Assembly: GCF_964204865.1 (NCBI RefSeq)
Contig: NC_135263.1
Coordinates: 11,470,001-11,534,000, forward strand
DNA from: Styela clava
Lineage: Eukaryota
Reading direction: 5' to 3'
Length of the DNA stretch: 64,000 nt
The stretch's first letter is position 1, and every line of letters begins with the position of its first letter. Shown in pieces: positions 38,945 to 53,900 of this stretch. The translations under genes were made by a program, and so were the position numbers. The notes beneath the pieces were generated by a model. The model ran no database searches and was not told where the DNA came from. It worked only from the letters and a program-made list of their open reading frames with translations.

Positions 38945-41900
38945 ATGGGTAATCATCTTGCTGCAACAGCTCCTTCTCAGATATTGAGCGTGGATAGTTA
39001 TTTGGGAGATGCAACGGATTATCAATTCGATAAAAGCCTGGGAAGTACACGGTTCATGAAGGTGAGTCATTCTGTCATTAGAAAACTAAAAATAAAATAT
39101 TATCAATAACTCAATAAGGTCATAGCCATGACTTTCTGACATGAATATTATCATTTTTCAAAGGTTGCAAGGGTCAAGCATCAAGAAGGACTTGCTGTTG
39201 TCAAAGTTTTTGCAATTCATGACCCAAACTTAGATTTAGAAACTTACAAACAACATGTTGAAAACATCAGAAGTAAACTCAAACATGCATCTAATTGTTC
39301 TCCATTTCAAAATATCATGCTCACAGACAAAGCAGCATTGCTGTTTCGGTAAGCTATTTTGTTATATTTTGCTATGAAGTTTCACATATTTATGAGGTTG
39401 TTTGTGTAACCATCGGCTTCTTGTAATTCGTAATAACCTATTATTACCTGCTATAAAAGAATCAAAACATGATTATCAGCCAAAGTATCATGTGAATTCT
39501 TTGCTTTGATAAAACTATGGTATAGTTTAGTACCGCATGTATTTCTAGAAGCTATACCTCCACAATTTTTGCATATGTCTGTATGTCATTCCTAACCCCC
39601 ACCTGACTACGTCATCCAAAGAGTTACAGTGGCGACCATCCAAAACGCTTAGACAATCACCCAAAATCGAGCATGCTACATCGTATACAAAGTCATACTT
39701 CTTCATTTTTTTCATCGTGACAATCTTGCCTAGAAGTACTTGTGGCACTAAACTACACTAGACCAAAACTATGCATAACTTTTTATTTTATAAAATAGCA
39801 TACTTCCATTTTCCAAATTGTAGTAGGCTATTTAAAATATACTGATAATCCAGTTCTAGTTGAGCAATTTTGATATTTAACATCAGAAATATTCGGTTTG
39901 TTTTTATCGAGTGAAAATTGCTGTCTAATAACCAAATAACTGATGCTCATTCTGATGAAAAGATGTTTTTGGTAGAATTATAGTAGAATTTAGATATCAA
40001 TTTTCTAGTTTTATCTCCGAGCCATCAGAAATTGTATGCTGTGTACAGTTTTCGTGAGTGTAGAGATTTGCCAAAACATTTTTTTGATGCTCACCTAGAT
40101 TTTGAATGTATCATAGATAACTGAACTCCGTTAAATATTTTATATTTTTCTATTTGAGAATGATCCGAGTGAACAATTCCTTGTTAAATTCATTTTCAGA
40201 CAATTTGTCAAACACAATTTGTATGATCGAATCAGTACAAGGCCTTTCTATAATATGATTGAACGGAAATGGGTGGCGTTTCAACTCCTGTGTGCTCTAA
40301 ATCAGATGGCAAAACTTGAAATGTGCCACGGAGACATTAAAAGTGAAAATGTAATGATTACTTCATGGAATTGGCTGCTTCTAACCGACTTTGCAAGGTG
40401 AGACTAACGTATATCAATTATCGAACCAACGTACTACAACAATAAAATTTAATTTAAATCCATTTTACCTTAAACTGTATATTGCATTAATGTTGTGGTC
40501 CGCTGATTTGAATTGTTTATTTTCATTTTCAACCTATTTTCATGTCACTTCCTTCACATGTGATAACTGCGGACTGTTATATTTATTTGGCAAAAACTTG
40601 ATTTTCACCATTGCCTTTATTTTTATAATGTGTATTAGGTTTTTACGCTAATGTGTTTACTCAAAGCATTGTTTGAGAATATAGACAAGATAGAAGTTTA
40701 TTATGTATGAGTTGTCAAGTACAATCGCTGCTAAATCTTAAGGTCACTAGTACATATCTTCTTGTGTGTGCTGTTGGCTGTATATTTAGATTCTAATACT
40801 TATTTCTTTCTTCTATAATATTAGTTACAAACCAACTTACATTCCTGATGACAATCCAGCTGATTTCAATTATTTCTTCGATACATCTCGACGTAGAGTA
40901 TGTTACATTGCTCCAGAAAGATTTGTTGAAATGTCACTTGTAACAGAAGATGCAGCAACTAAAGAAACGCAAGGACTTGATCATTCAATGGATATATTTT
41001 CTGCTGGATGTGTCATTGCTGAGTTGTTCACAGATGGGACACCGCCTTTCGATTTCTCCCAGTTGTTGGCATTCAGGTAATAGAATATAATTGTAAAAAT
41101 GAGTACCTTTACAATGTTCATGGAAGGATATATTGCTCTCTTGGAACACTAGTCGTAGTCCATAGGGCAGTGGTTCCCAACCACCGTGAAATGATTATTG
41201 GTGTGCCCAAAGAGATTTTATTTTTGAATTTATTTCAAATGATTCCAATTTGGAAGTAGCATATCAATCTACAGATGCGCATTTAAATTTAAAATAGGAA
41301 AGAAGATGAGGGTAAACTAAGTGGCTCATGTACGTAGTCATATTGTAACGTAAGCCAAGCACTGAAAACGCTTTTTCACATCGGGTGACGCTGTGAACCT
41401 TCTCTGCAACTGTTTATTTACACGATATATTTTACTATATTTTTTTTATCTACTAAGTAAGGTTGGGTGTAACTTTTGTGCAATTTTTTACATATTCAAT
41501 AAAGCAACTGATTGGACAATGAAACAAAATATGTAGCTGAAAATGTGAAAATGTATTAAATTTAACAACATGCAAAATTTCTGGAATTGTCCTGTAGTGT
41601 CACTTGGAATAGCCCACAATCATTTCTTTCTACTATCTTAGGACTCTCAAGGCTAGTAGTAGTTACAAATTCATCCCCCTCTGATATTTGCATTGCTAAA
41701 AGCAGGGCAGTTGGAATTGGATTTTCTTCAACCTGAAGTCAAAAATCCGTCATCCAGAAGTCAGAGTTGAAGTCGTTTTTAAATGGCTTAGGATCGAAGT
41801 TGAATGAAAATTATACCATATTCTTCTTCCCTGGTTGAAAGAACGACACTCACTTTAACTGAATCATATGACAGAAATATTTTTACCCAGACAAAAGAAG

Positions 41901-44900
41901 TATTACCCAACTGCATGTTTAGCTAAAATTGACGATCCTCATATCAAATCACTGGTTGAACACATGATTCAGAGAGATCCACGTAAAAGATTTACAGCTG
42001 AACAGTACTTGACAAAATGGAAGGTAATTGACTTAATTTGTATCTTTAAACACATGCGCATGAATGGGCCTTCCTTTTTGATTTTCCCCTAGTTGCAACT
42101 TTTATCGGCTATTTGGTGAAGCAAATTAAGTGTTACTCTTTTATAAGACATTTTTACACCTTTAAACACATTTGGGATAGAAATCCTATCTTCCCATAAA
42201 ATTTGTAGATATATGATAATAATTTACTATGCCTTTAAAATTGAAAAAAATTTGCCAATAGACTATAGGTGTGAAAAAAGCTTATTTCTCATAATCTGGA
42301 ACGATATTCTGATATTTATAATTAGAAACATGGCCTATTGTGGGTAGACAATCGAGATACCTGATCAGTCTATAATCAGACTTGTACTGTCTGCATGGTT
42401 TTTCATGGTATTTCATATTTCAGGGCAAAGCATTTCCTGTTGAATTTTATTCTCATTTAAAGAAATACTTGGGTAGATTCTGCGAACCTCCTTTGTTATC
42501 TGCTGATCAGACAATAAATACATTACATAGTGATCTATCAACTATTCTTCAGAACCTAGTCGAAAAGGTGAACACTTTTTTTTTTGCTAGCATACTTGAG
42601 TTGTTACCTTGCCGGTAAATATGGATTGTTCACAGAGTTTATTCGACAAAATTTAAAATTGGTGGCTGGAGGATTGTTTAAACTATGTTGAGATGTGAAA
42701 TTAAAGCCTGATCTCAAGGACCCAGTCAATTCCTTGTTTCATGCAATCAGGGGTAAGATATTGGGTATGGTTCGTCAGATTTAAATTTACTAATAGTTGA
42801 TTGAATTTGGGTATTTATCAGTGAAATAAATCCAATGAAGAATTTCAAGTCTACTCTCAGTAGAGTTTATTCAGTGCAAACTTCAGTGATTTTCCTCATA
42901 CCAAACATCTTTGCTTATGGAAGTGACTGAAAATATGACAAATATCAGTTTGATCGTCAAGAGTCGAGAATTTCCATCTCATCTTATTTATTCTTTGTAC
43001 ATTATTTTAGCCTGGAACGTCAGAATCTCTCATCATCGTCGCAACAATAGCCTTATCTTGTTTACGCAGACTGAAGTATTGTAATTGTAAACTGAGAGCT
43101 CTTGGAATAATCACTGAATTTTCCAAATATCTTTCTTCAATTGATATTCTGGAAAGGTATAGTCATTGAGATTTTACATACAAATATACCTTGATTCTTA
43201 AAATTCAAAATTGCTCAAAAAGTCGTATCCCACATTAACAAGATATAACTTTCAGTAGAAATTGACATTTCAGTGAGATGGCTTGAATGACCTATTCGAG
43301 AAAATTCCATTTTAAAAAACTTCATTCCAAGGATAATTGGGCAACATATTACTAATGTAAGCCACTCTTTCTACTGGTTGACACTTGCCAGTCCATGTCA
43401 TTTATGAATGTATTGTCGGTTGGTTTAGGAATCCATTATCACTGACTATGGTAATAATCTCAGATTTATTATGCTTCTTTCCTCATATTTTCGTCCCACA
43501 GTCGATTTAAATATGTTTGATTTAGGGGGCTGTGTTAATCTTATAAATGTCTATAAATTTGGCGTTGGAGTCTTCTGATTCTTCAGCCATTCTCAGCACA
43601 GTAATTAGTTTTATATTATCAGGTTCAGGTAGCAACAAATTGTTTTTTATAGAACTAATTTTTCATCTTACAGAATTGTTCCATACTTGATGGAATCAAT
43701 AGAAGATAAGATGCCTCGTGTTCGAGCTGAAGCATTTCATGCTCTTGCAATATGTACTTCATATGTTCATTACGTACCTCAAGCCGAAGTCAATATTTTT
43801 TCTGAGTTTATTTTTCCCGGAACATCAGCTTTGGCACAAGATAAAGCTGTGTTAGTCAGGTTAGTTAATATATTTTTCTCATATATATTTACATCTTTAA
43901 TACAAACTTTCCTTTTTTTTCAGACAAACTTATGCAGAAAACTTGTCACTGCTGGCTGAAACCGCTCTAAGATTTTTAAACAGTTCTAAATTTGATCAAA
44001 GCAGTAATTATATTTCCACTGGAAGTAATTATCAACCTGGTTACGATAACCAACTGCAGAATCTACATGAAACTGTTCAGGTTTGTGCAATTATTTGCAA
44101 TCTGTTAAGCGGTGATCACTTCTTTTTTTATGCCAGAAGAAATTGTATATCCCTTTGTTTTTACTGTGAAATTGTAGTAAATTTATTGCTTTTTTCAGCA
44201 AAAACTAGGACGGCTGATATTTGCATACTTTGGTTTCTGGTATTCTTACAAACAATTATTAATATTGATTTTCAATAATCTATGTAGATCACATTACGGC
44301 AACATCATTTGCTCTACCTTACAATTGAATTTGCCATTGAATATTTGAACCATCATGTCAACCCTATAAATTCAAGCGATATTTAAAATAATTTGAATTA
44401 TATTTTCGAAAAATAATTAACTTTCATTTAAACAGGCAAAATTTTTATTTAGGAAAGCGTTCAGGCTCTTTTCAGTGACAATGACAGTACTGTTCGACAA
44501 TGTTTACTAGAACACTCTGTTGCGAAGCTTTGTAATTTCTTCGGTCGGCAAAGATGCAACGATGTCATTTTGAGTCACATGATTACTTTTCTCAACGATA
44601 AACAAGATTGGCAATTGCGATCTGCATTTTTTGACAGTCTCGTACAGGTTGCAATGTATATCGGATGGCAATGTACTGTTATACTGAAACCGCTGTTACA
44701 ACAAGGTACGGTAGTTTTTATTGCTTATTGAAGATGGAGTGGACATATTGTTTGGTTTGTTAAACCGTAATTCTTGGGGTGATTATGGTTGTTCTTTTTG
44801 CGGAAAAAATGGTACTCCCGCAGTGTACCAGGTTAGGGTTAGGCCATAATTTTTATTCCGATTTTCCTTATTTTAGTTCTATTACGGGTTCGGGGACTGT

Positions 44901-47900
44901 CTGTGTTAGCCAAGTGAATATACCCCTGCCCATAGGTTTCAGTCTTTTCACACAACTTGTTAAACTTGATGGTTTAGTGTTTGTTAAACGATACTCAAGT
45001 TACTATGGAAATTATTTTTTTATATCTAATTAAAAGCTTTTTTTAATAGGAAGCAGTTCTATGTTGACAACTTGTGTAATACGTAACTAGATCATAATAG
45101 ATGGAAATTTTGGTCTGCTTTTTTGGTGTGATCTTAGACTAATTTACGATATAGGAAATGTCATTACTATTTTTTTACCTTTTCAGGTCTGAATGACAGT
45201 GAAGAATTTGTGATTGGTCAAACACTGAATGCTTTAACATCTCTGACTAAAGTTAAATTATTATCGAAACAAATGACGTTTGAGTTACTGCGTGAAACAA
45301 TTCCATTGCTTCAACATCCTTGCAAATGGATTCGATTTGTGAGTATGAATCACTACAGGGTTTTTATTATCCATCTCACTGAGAAGTGTTTTTATATTGC
45401 CAATTGAAGGTTGAGTTTCAGATTGGATTTTTTACTGTACATCGAATAGGATTTACATATTTATCCCAGGGAAAACAGTACTCCCGAAGTATGTGAAGTT
45501 CACATTGTGAACCAAGATGGCTTACACTGGAATATAGTATGTGTACCACGTTAGGGTCAGGCCATAATTTTATTCCAATTTTCTTCATTTTAGTTCTATT
45601 ACGAGTTCGGGGACTAGCTAAGTGGCTCCCGTTAGTCCCGTAGTATTTGTACCCAAAATTATGGCCTAACCCTACCCTGGTACACACCGAGGTCCGCCAT
45701 CTTGATTCACATACTTCAGGTGTACCGGGAAAACGGCCCAATCATATGGCAAATCATTCTGATCAATCTGAATGTTCTGATTATTTCATTATATGAGAAA
45801 AATAACAATTTATTACAAATCCCAAGAAATTTGTATTTCAAATGTTGTCAAAGTAAAGCATAAAGTCGCATTATCCATTTACACTAAGCACAATTTGATG
45901 AGTACCTGTTTTACAGAACACTGTTGGTTTCATATCTGCAAGTTCTAAATCAATGAATATTGTTGATCTACATTGTCATGTACTGCCAAAACTTGATGCA
46001 TATTTAACAGATCCCATTATCCAGGTACCTGATATTTTTTACTTTCTTTTACATCAACCATCCAGTTTGATTCACTTCAAGTTGTGTTTATATGATATTC
46101 AAGGCATTCAAAATATGTTCAAATTGTAGAATTTAGGATATTCCATATTACTCTTTTTGTGTGCCAAAATGGCCTACTTTTAATTCCCGAAATCTGTAGA
46201 ATTAGAAAACCAATCAATTCTAACTTTCCCAAATTTCCAAATTAAAATCAAGATATGAATACACACTAGCTTCTGTGCATTCTTTTTTAAACATAACCCA
46301 ATTTAGAATGTATTCAATGTTCCATGTTCAAAAATGTTACTTTTATAAAAATGTATTGAATAGTAAACTATTTGGTTTTGGCTTTCCCTACAGTAGGGAA
46401 CTTACTCCAGGCTTCTTTTTTGATTTTGCATTTTCAAGCTGAATTAGAACCTACAAAGGAACCTCACTTACAGCATTCCCTAAAATTACTTTCAGCCTGA
46501 CAGTGAATCTAGTTTATTATCAGTTCTTAAACCTGGTGTTCAAAGACAGTTGTATGAACTTGTACTTTCATCCTCTCACATCGGAACATTTCTAAATCAC
46601 CTGCAAGCTAGAAAAATGCAAAGGTATATTAACTTAACTATAACTAGAAGAATATGGTGCTTTTTTACGATCATTTTTTAGACATGCGACTCTAATTTTA
46701 CTTCCTGGCCACAGGAACACCTCAGATGACAGTTGGTAGAAGATTTAAATTCTCAATTGCCTCGTTCATACAATTCACTTTGGTAGTTCTTACACCATAG
46801 ATATTTGTATTTGAGACCTCATTTATTATATGTCAGTGTCACCCATATATATTATTGTAAATCTTCACTGAAAGTGTTTTATCACTGTTATACCTAAGCT
46901 CACATTAACATACCATCCCAGTTTGATTCAGCATCCAATTTGTGTTTAAGGCCTTAACTACAAAATTATTTTTATAAATTGTGTTTTTCATGCTTCAGAC
47001 ATTCATATCGTAAAGGTGAAGAAGTAATCTATGATGATGTACCAGAAGGTATTGTTTCACAAACATTCCATAAACTAAAATCTCACGTAAGTTGAATCAC
47101 TTTAAAGATTAATTCAAAGATTTTTGGTGATTCTAATTTAGCTACTGACTTTTCCACTGGGGGGAAGTTTAGAAATTATTCGGAATATACTTCACGATTC
47201 ATAAAACTTTTCATCATACTTATCAAGCAGTTTGATTTTGTCAGTTTCATCATGATATTAGACAGCCAGTAGTGTATTTTTTCACATGCACATGGTACAA
47301 ACATAATTAAGAAAGATGAAAAAAATGCATTTCATTGTGAAGGGAAACTCGATAAACCAATGATGGTTATCGAACAGCATCACCTATGAGGAAGTTAGTC
47401 TAACATTAAATCATACTTAGGAGAGAGTCGAAATAGAATACCAACAAAAGCCAGACTTTGAGATACATTTAAACGACCTGATATTCCGGTGTCACTCTTG
47501 TTGATGGAAGAAAAAGACTCCAAACATGACAGGCGCAGTAACCATGGCAACCGCAGTTCATAGAGTAACAAACTAAAGGGTGGTTATTCCATGGCTGCAG
47601 TTACAAATTATGATTTAACCTACTTATAATGACGATTGGGGAACTAAATGAGAATAACTGGCAGTCTGATAAGCAGAGTGTACAAAGTATCCACAAAGCT
47701 AGGGATTGGATTTTTTAAACAAAATTTGTTTGATAACTACATGGATACCTATGATAGTCAAAAGGACCTGGCGGCACGATCAGTATGTGTAACATTTTTC
47801 AGCATTGTTTTTATTTCAATGTATTTCAGGGTTTAGAACATGAAGATGAAGAAAAATTGTTGAATTTGTGTGAATTTTTACAAAGACAAAGTCGACATCG

Positions 47901-50900
47901 AGCAACGCTAGCTGGTATTAATACAATCGATTCCAATAGTTTTCATTCCAAGATGACACAGATGGGTCAACTAGATGTTGCATTACTAGGTTTGTTCCAA
48001 GTTGTATTAATTAAGCGTAGCGTTTTATTATAGTCATAGGTGTTGATACTCTTGTTAGAAATATCTATAAAATTTAGACTGTTGGTTGTAATGTTACTCA
48101 AATATGTATGCAAACTTTTGCTTCAGATTTTTTTTTTCCTGGTGAATCTTATTTATATTTCAAGAATGTATTCATTAGATGTTTTCTTCTAGTATTTTTT
48201 TATCCGAGTTTTTAGTACTCATATTCTAATCATGAGAACAATCTCCTAACTTCAATCCCTAACTCGTTAATATATTGCGTGAGACAAACTATTGTCTTTG
48301 GTCGTTGTCTGACTTTCAGACTTTCAACGGCTTTGACTTTTAATTGAAGTGAAATTTTCCAACAGAAACTAAAAACGTTAACTATGCGCATACTTTGCAC
48401 TTAGAGTAGGCTTGCACAGTCCAAAGTTTTTGTGGTTAAAATTTGGGTTTTGATTAGTCAATTACTCGGAGATTGAGTAATTTTTTTCAAATGACTTATA
48501 GTCCAACTCGGCCAATTTTAAACCCAGCTTACATAACTAGGGCCAGAGTTTTAGGCTTTTAAACTACCATGACTAGGCCACCACCACAATAACTACTCAA
48601 TCTCCATTTTTCTTACTCAGGGGAGGTTACAAGAAGGCATGCTGAATTAGTGAAACCAGCTGATGAAATCAGTGCAAAACAAAGTAAGAAAACACCTGTG
48701 AGAAAGAAACCTGCTCAAGATGAAACCTTCCAGGTAGGTTAGGGTTTTTATTTACACAAGGTATTTTCAAAATGAAAAAACTTGAATATTCCAATTGGAT
48801 TCAATATTCGAATATATTCAAAACTGGTTATAATCAAAATTCTACACTTTGATTTATAGAAAAACTTGATCATTCATTCGAAAACTTGACCCCATATCAT
48901 CAAACCAAAAACCAGCTCATTTAAGTTCTTATTGTCGTAGAAAGTACTGTAGTGATATAAAAAAAACGATGTTTGCCCTGTCTCTAAATGCTGGTTTGTG
49001 TATCCCATTAGTTGACTGTCAAATACTTGTAATTTAAAGATTTATTCTTCATCATTCTTGGCTGATAATGATGAAAATTGCGTAATTAATTTTGAATTCA
49101 GAGGCTACTTCATTCTGTATAAAATATTTATTTTTATTTTGTTCCTTCCCCGATCCAAACTCGATAAAAATTCATGCGTTTAATATGAACAACAGAGTGG
49201 AATGAATGAAGAATGGAAGAGTATGTTTGGTGAAAACGCTCGTCCTGCAACAGAAAATACAGGAAAGAAGAAAGCAGAGCTAAAAAAACAAAATTTAGCA
49301 GATGCTCCCATTTCTATGTCACAGGTTTGATTTATCATTACCAAGTCAAGACAGCACTAACTAAGCACTAAGTCAGCACTAACCTATGAAAACTTAGCAA
49401 TAGTACTCGCATTCATAGATGTCAAAAAAGTAATAGATTATTCAAATACTTGGAATTATAGTTATTTGTTATGGTAGATTTTTCATTTTGGGAATAATTC
49501 ATGTTAATTTCATTGAAAAGTTTGTCATTTAATCGGGACTAAAGTCTTTCATGATACTCTATATATGTAAAAATAGAGATCAGTTGAAACAAATGATATC
49601 TCAACTTTTCTGCTTTACTAACTTTTATTTATAACTGTTAAATTTTGTTTGTCTGAGGAAGTCTGACTTTGGTCAGGCAGCTAACTTACAGAAATATATT
49701 TTTGATAGTGTGACTTTTGAATATCTTAGAATCATAATCATTAATGGATTATTTTTAGTTGGAAGGTGTTCCAGTACCGGCTATAAAACAGGCAAAAGTG
49801 AAGCCACCAAATATTCAGCTAAAATATACAAGTTGCAAACTGAATCTCAGAAAGTTAGTTCATCATAAAAGAAATATGTACCTGGAAGATGTGAAACAAA
49901 GGTAGATTGGTTTGAAATTAAAATTGTTCAATTTTTCTACCGCCATGCATACATTTTAGAATTTCTTATTCACTATCCACATACAAACTGTAATGTAACT
50001 GTGTTCTTGCTTGTTGGCTTGTTGAATGTACATTTCGACCAGGGATGTGTAAAATAAATCGAATATTAAAATTATTTCGGAATTTTTCATGCTTTATATA
50101 GTAACTTATTGATTGGAATAAATGAAAACATTTTATTTTAAAATTGAAAATTTTGAGTAAATAAACTATCAAGGGCACACAAAAAATATTTTTTATGAAA
50201 CCGTAAAGAATGCTGAAAGTTGAATAGAAGTTGTATTTTTCGATATATGCTAAATACAAATCCCTATGAAATTACCTAATTTCAACCGTTTCAACCGTTT
50301 TTCTAAACTTTCAGTGTCATCCAAGCATCAGTACACTTTTTTGCCGATTCAATTTTTACCACTTATCCTATTTTCTTCATTGATTTATCAAGGGAATTGG
50401 AAGAGAGCATTTCCAACAGTAGCATCATACCTGAAGTATGGAGACCTCGTGGTCAGTTGATTGCACATATGGTTGAGCACCATGGACCAATTCACCGTAT
50501 TGCGGTCAGTCCTTCCAATGACCATTTTGCCACTGTATCTTCCGACAAAACATTGAAATTATGGGATTGTGAAAAACTTGCTGGGAAAGCTGTCATAAAC
50601 CAATCTAAAGCGACATATGGAAGGCTAGGTAAGTTTCAATAGGGTTTCCCATTTGCTATTTAAATATCACCTCCAATTTGTATAAAATTATGATTAATAT
50701 ATTTACTGTATTTACCGGCTAATAAGTCTAACTGGCAAATAAGAGATGTATATTTTTAGCACTCAAAAAGAGGGTTTTTCCATATAGCCGTCCAATAAGA
50801 CGGGGTAGAAAACTTGCTTCTCTGTTGGTCGGCTAAACACTATGGCTAAAAATTTTATATGGTTAGAAAGAAGTACTTGGAACCAGCTCCTGCTTATTTG

Positions 50901-53900
50901 GTAGAATCATACTCCCAGAATTAACTATTCTCAAAAATAAAGGCGGTAATCATTTTGAATAACATATAATTTTATATGGTTAGAACCAGATCATGTTCGT
51001 TTGGTAGAATCGTACTTACAGAATTAACAGAATTAATATTTCTTCAACAATGAAGCGGTAGGCTTTCGTGTCCACATATCTGGAACTGGTTAGTTCATGG
51101 TTTCCCAAACATTTCAAACTCGCAACACCTTCACTTCTGTAATATAAATTACGTTGTTTTAGAAAGAAATTTTACTTTAACAACATTGAACTTCGCAGAG
51201 AAAAAGATGATAAAAGATTTGAATCTAGCGAATCGAACTTCTCTTTCAGCGTTAAGTGAAACCGATTTAATCCTTTTCATATAAATTCTAAACGCGGACA
51301 GACGAGAAGGAATTTTTAAGAAATGGGTAGTGCTCTCGGAATATTGTGTGATTGCTGGTGTGTCGCGTAAGTTCGAAACCAGTTAATTCTATTCACATGG
51401 TAAAATTACGCACTGGTTTGGGTGTTTCAAATCCATGTTCATATATGCACAATTTTATACTTTATTACATATTTTAGGTAAAAAACTATATCGCGTCACA
51501 TTTTGCGGCGATGACAAAGTTGTCTGTTCAACGGAGAGTGGAGGAATTCATTGCATTGATATTGAAACATTGACGTCAAGGACAGCGGCAAACGCATCTG
51601 AGAATGTTTTTTCACCGAACATGAATGACATGAGCAGAGTAATGGATATAACTGCTTTTTACAAATGTGAGGTTTTCTATATTATATTTGGAAATTGATA
51701 GTTTAATTGGATGAACTGGTAGATACTAGGTTACAGCTACTCCAGGTAGTAATATTCAGCTGCAGTTCGACATCTTTTCTTGGAAACATTATGAAATCCT
51801 AAGTTTACATTCCCAGCCTCCCAAATATAGTAGAACGTCTCTTATTATCATTTCTTATAAAGCTTTGTTTGTAGTGTAGATGTGAAAACACCTGCATTTT
51901 TTGGAACTATGTAACATTCCTGATTTAACATTGTAAAAATGTGAATATTTCAATATACTTGAATAATAAAAATTTCATGAAAGTCTTTCAGACTTAAACC
52001 GAGTGTTTATTATACACAGCACCCGTTATTGTTTGCATCACTGCCCATGGAAGTATAGATATCTGGGACATGAGGGAGAAAAGCTTGTCTTGCACCCTGC
52101 AGCATGATTTGCATGATGGTCTAATGACATCATTGGTGGTCGATCCAAAGCAGCATTGGTTATGTGTGGCAACTGTCAGGTGAGTTATTACTGTATTGTT
52201 ATAGAATATATATATTGAGAATGTTCACTAATTCGTTTTGGGACATGGGTTTATTGAGAATATTTATCTAGTAGTGGAAACTACGTAAGTGTGAAAACCA
52301 TAGCAAGATATTGTCTTTGCGATGATCTGTAAATAAAAGTGGTCATATTTTTTTGTCAGCCATATTTTGCGCAATTAGAACTTTTTCTAGAAAGTGGCAG
52401 TTGGAAAAGTTGTGTTCTAGTAGCGATGTACACTGTTGAGTATTGATTACACATAAAATATTTCATACTTGTTAATAATATTTTGCTCTGACTATATCTT
52501 TACAGTGGAAAGCACATTTGCTGGGACTTGAGATTTTGTTTGCCAATTACCCATGTTACTCACCCATCAGCAGCTGGTGTACGAAGAATGGCAATTCACC
52601 CTTCCCAGCCATCCTGTGTGATATCTGCTGTTACAGGAAATAATGAAGTTACTTTGTGGGATCTTGAAACTTCCTCACGAAACATGACATTGTGGGCAAG
52701 TACGGCACCTGCCATGTCATTGCGGCAGGTATGTTATAAATAGGTAATCTGTCTGAAAAGAGCAAAAATTGTAAAATGGAAAAAGGTGACTTGGCCAATT
52801 AGGTAAAATAACTTTTCACAGCCACAAAAAAATCTTAACTTAAAGAATTACAGTTATTTACGGAAGAGTTCGGTAAACCCCAATAGTTAAATTTTTCTTT
52901 CGACCAATCTAAGTCTAATTTTCAGTAATTACCAACGCTTTCTTGGAATATACCGTATACTAAATTCCCATTGGTTAAATTTTGTCATCTTCTATTGCAA
53001 TTGTCATTAGTGCTAGACATCCAAAGTTATTTTGATTTTCCAACTACTGAGTATTTCACTTCATTCACTTCAAGTATTTAAAATTATTTAACACTTTCTG
53101 ACATCAATCATATTAAAATTATTTCAGAAAAGCCAGGATTCTGTTAATGGATTACTTGTTACGCAACATGAAAATGATGTTAATATATATACTGCAGGAA
53201 CAGATTCTGTTATAAGGTGAACATTGATTTTTCATGCATTATTTCTCGATTCTTGATTAAAATATTAATAATAATTACCGTAATAAATATGATTTCTGCT
53301 GTTCATGACTATTTCATTATTATGATCCGTAAACTTTAAGACGTGTACAAGGCTACATAAATATGATTGTCAATTGCAATTTTTTTTGAATGGGAGAAAC
53401 AAATAAGAGTACTTGAAGGGTATTATAGCATTTGTATGTGGTTACTTAACTTGATCCAATGCAGATATAGAAAGCCACATTACGTTTTCAGTGGCATGGT
53501 AGTAAATTCTTACATGACCGACACTCACGTGATCAACATTTTTTTCAATGCAATTTTGCGGCATTTGCACTAAGACATAATCTCGTACGCTTTTTTCAAC
53601 ACCATTTTGCTCTATTCTTGAATGATCTACTGAAAACCAGACATTTTCTGGCCTAATCCTTCCACTAAATGAAACAAACGAGATAAATAAAAATGTGCGC
53701 TTATAAGATGCCTATATGTAGTGCTTCACAGCATTCTAAAATATATCTACACACAGTGTCGCTTGAGATTTCAACATCATTCATAGCTGCTAGCAATTCA
53801 TGGAATCATGATTTAAGTATTTGTACTCCTCTGTGTGAGGTCCCACCATCAAGTACAAATTGTAATAATGCCTTCTTTTTTGGAAATGTATTATTAAATT

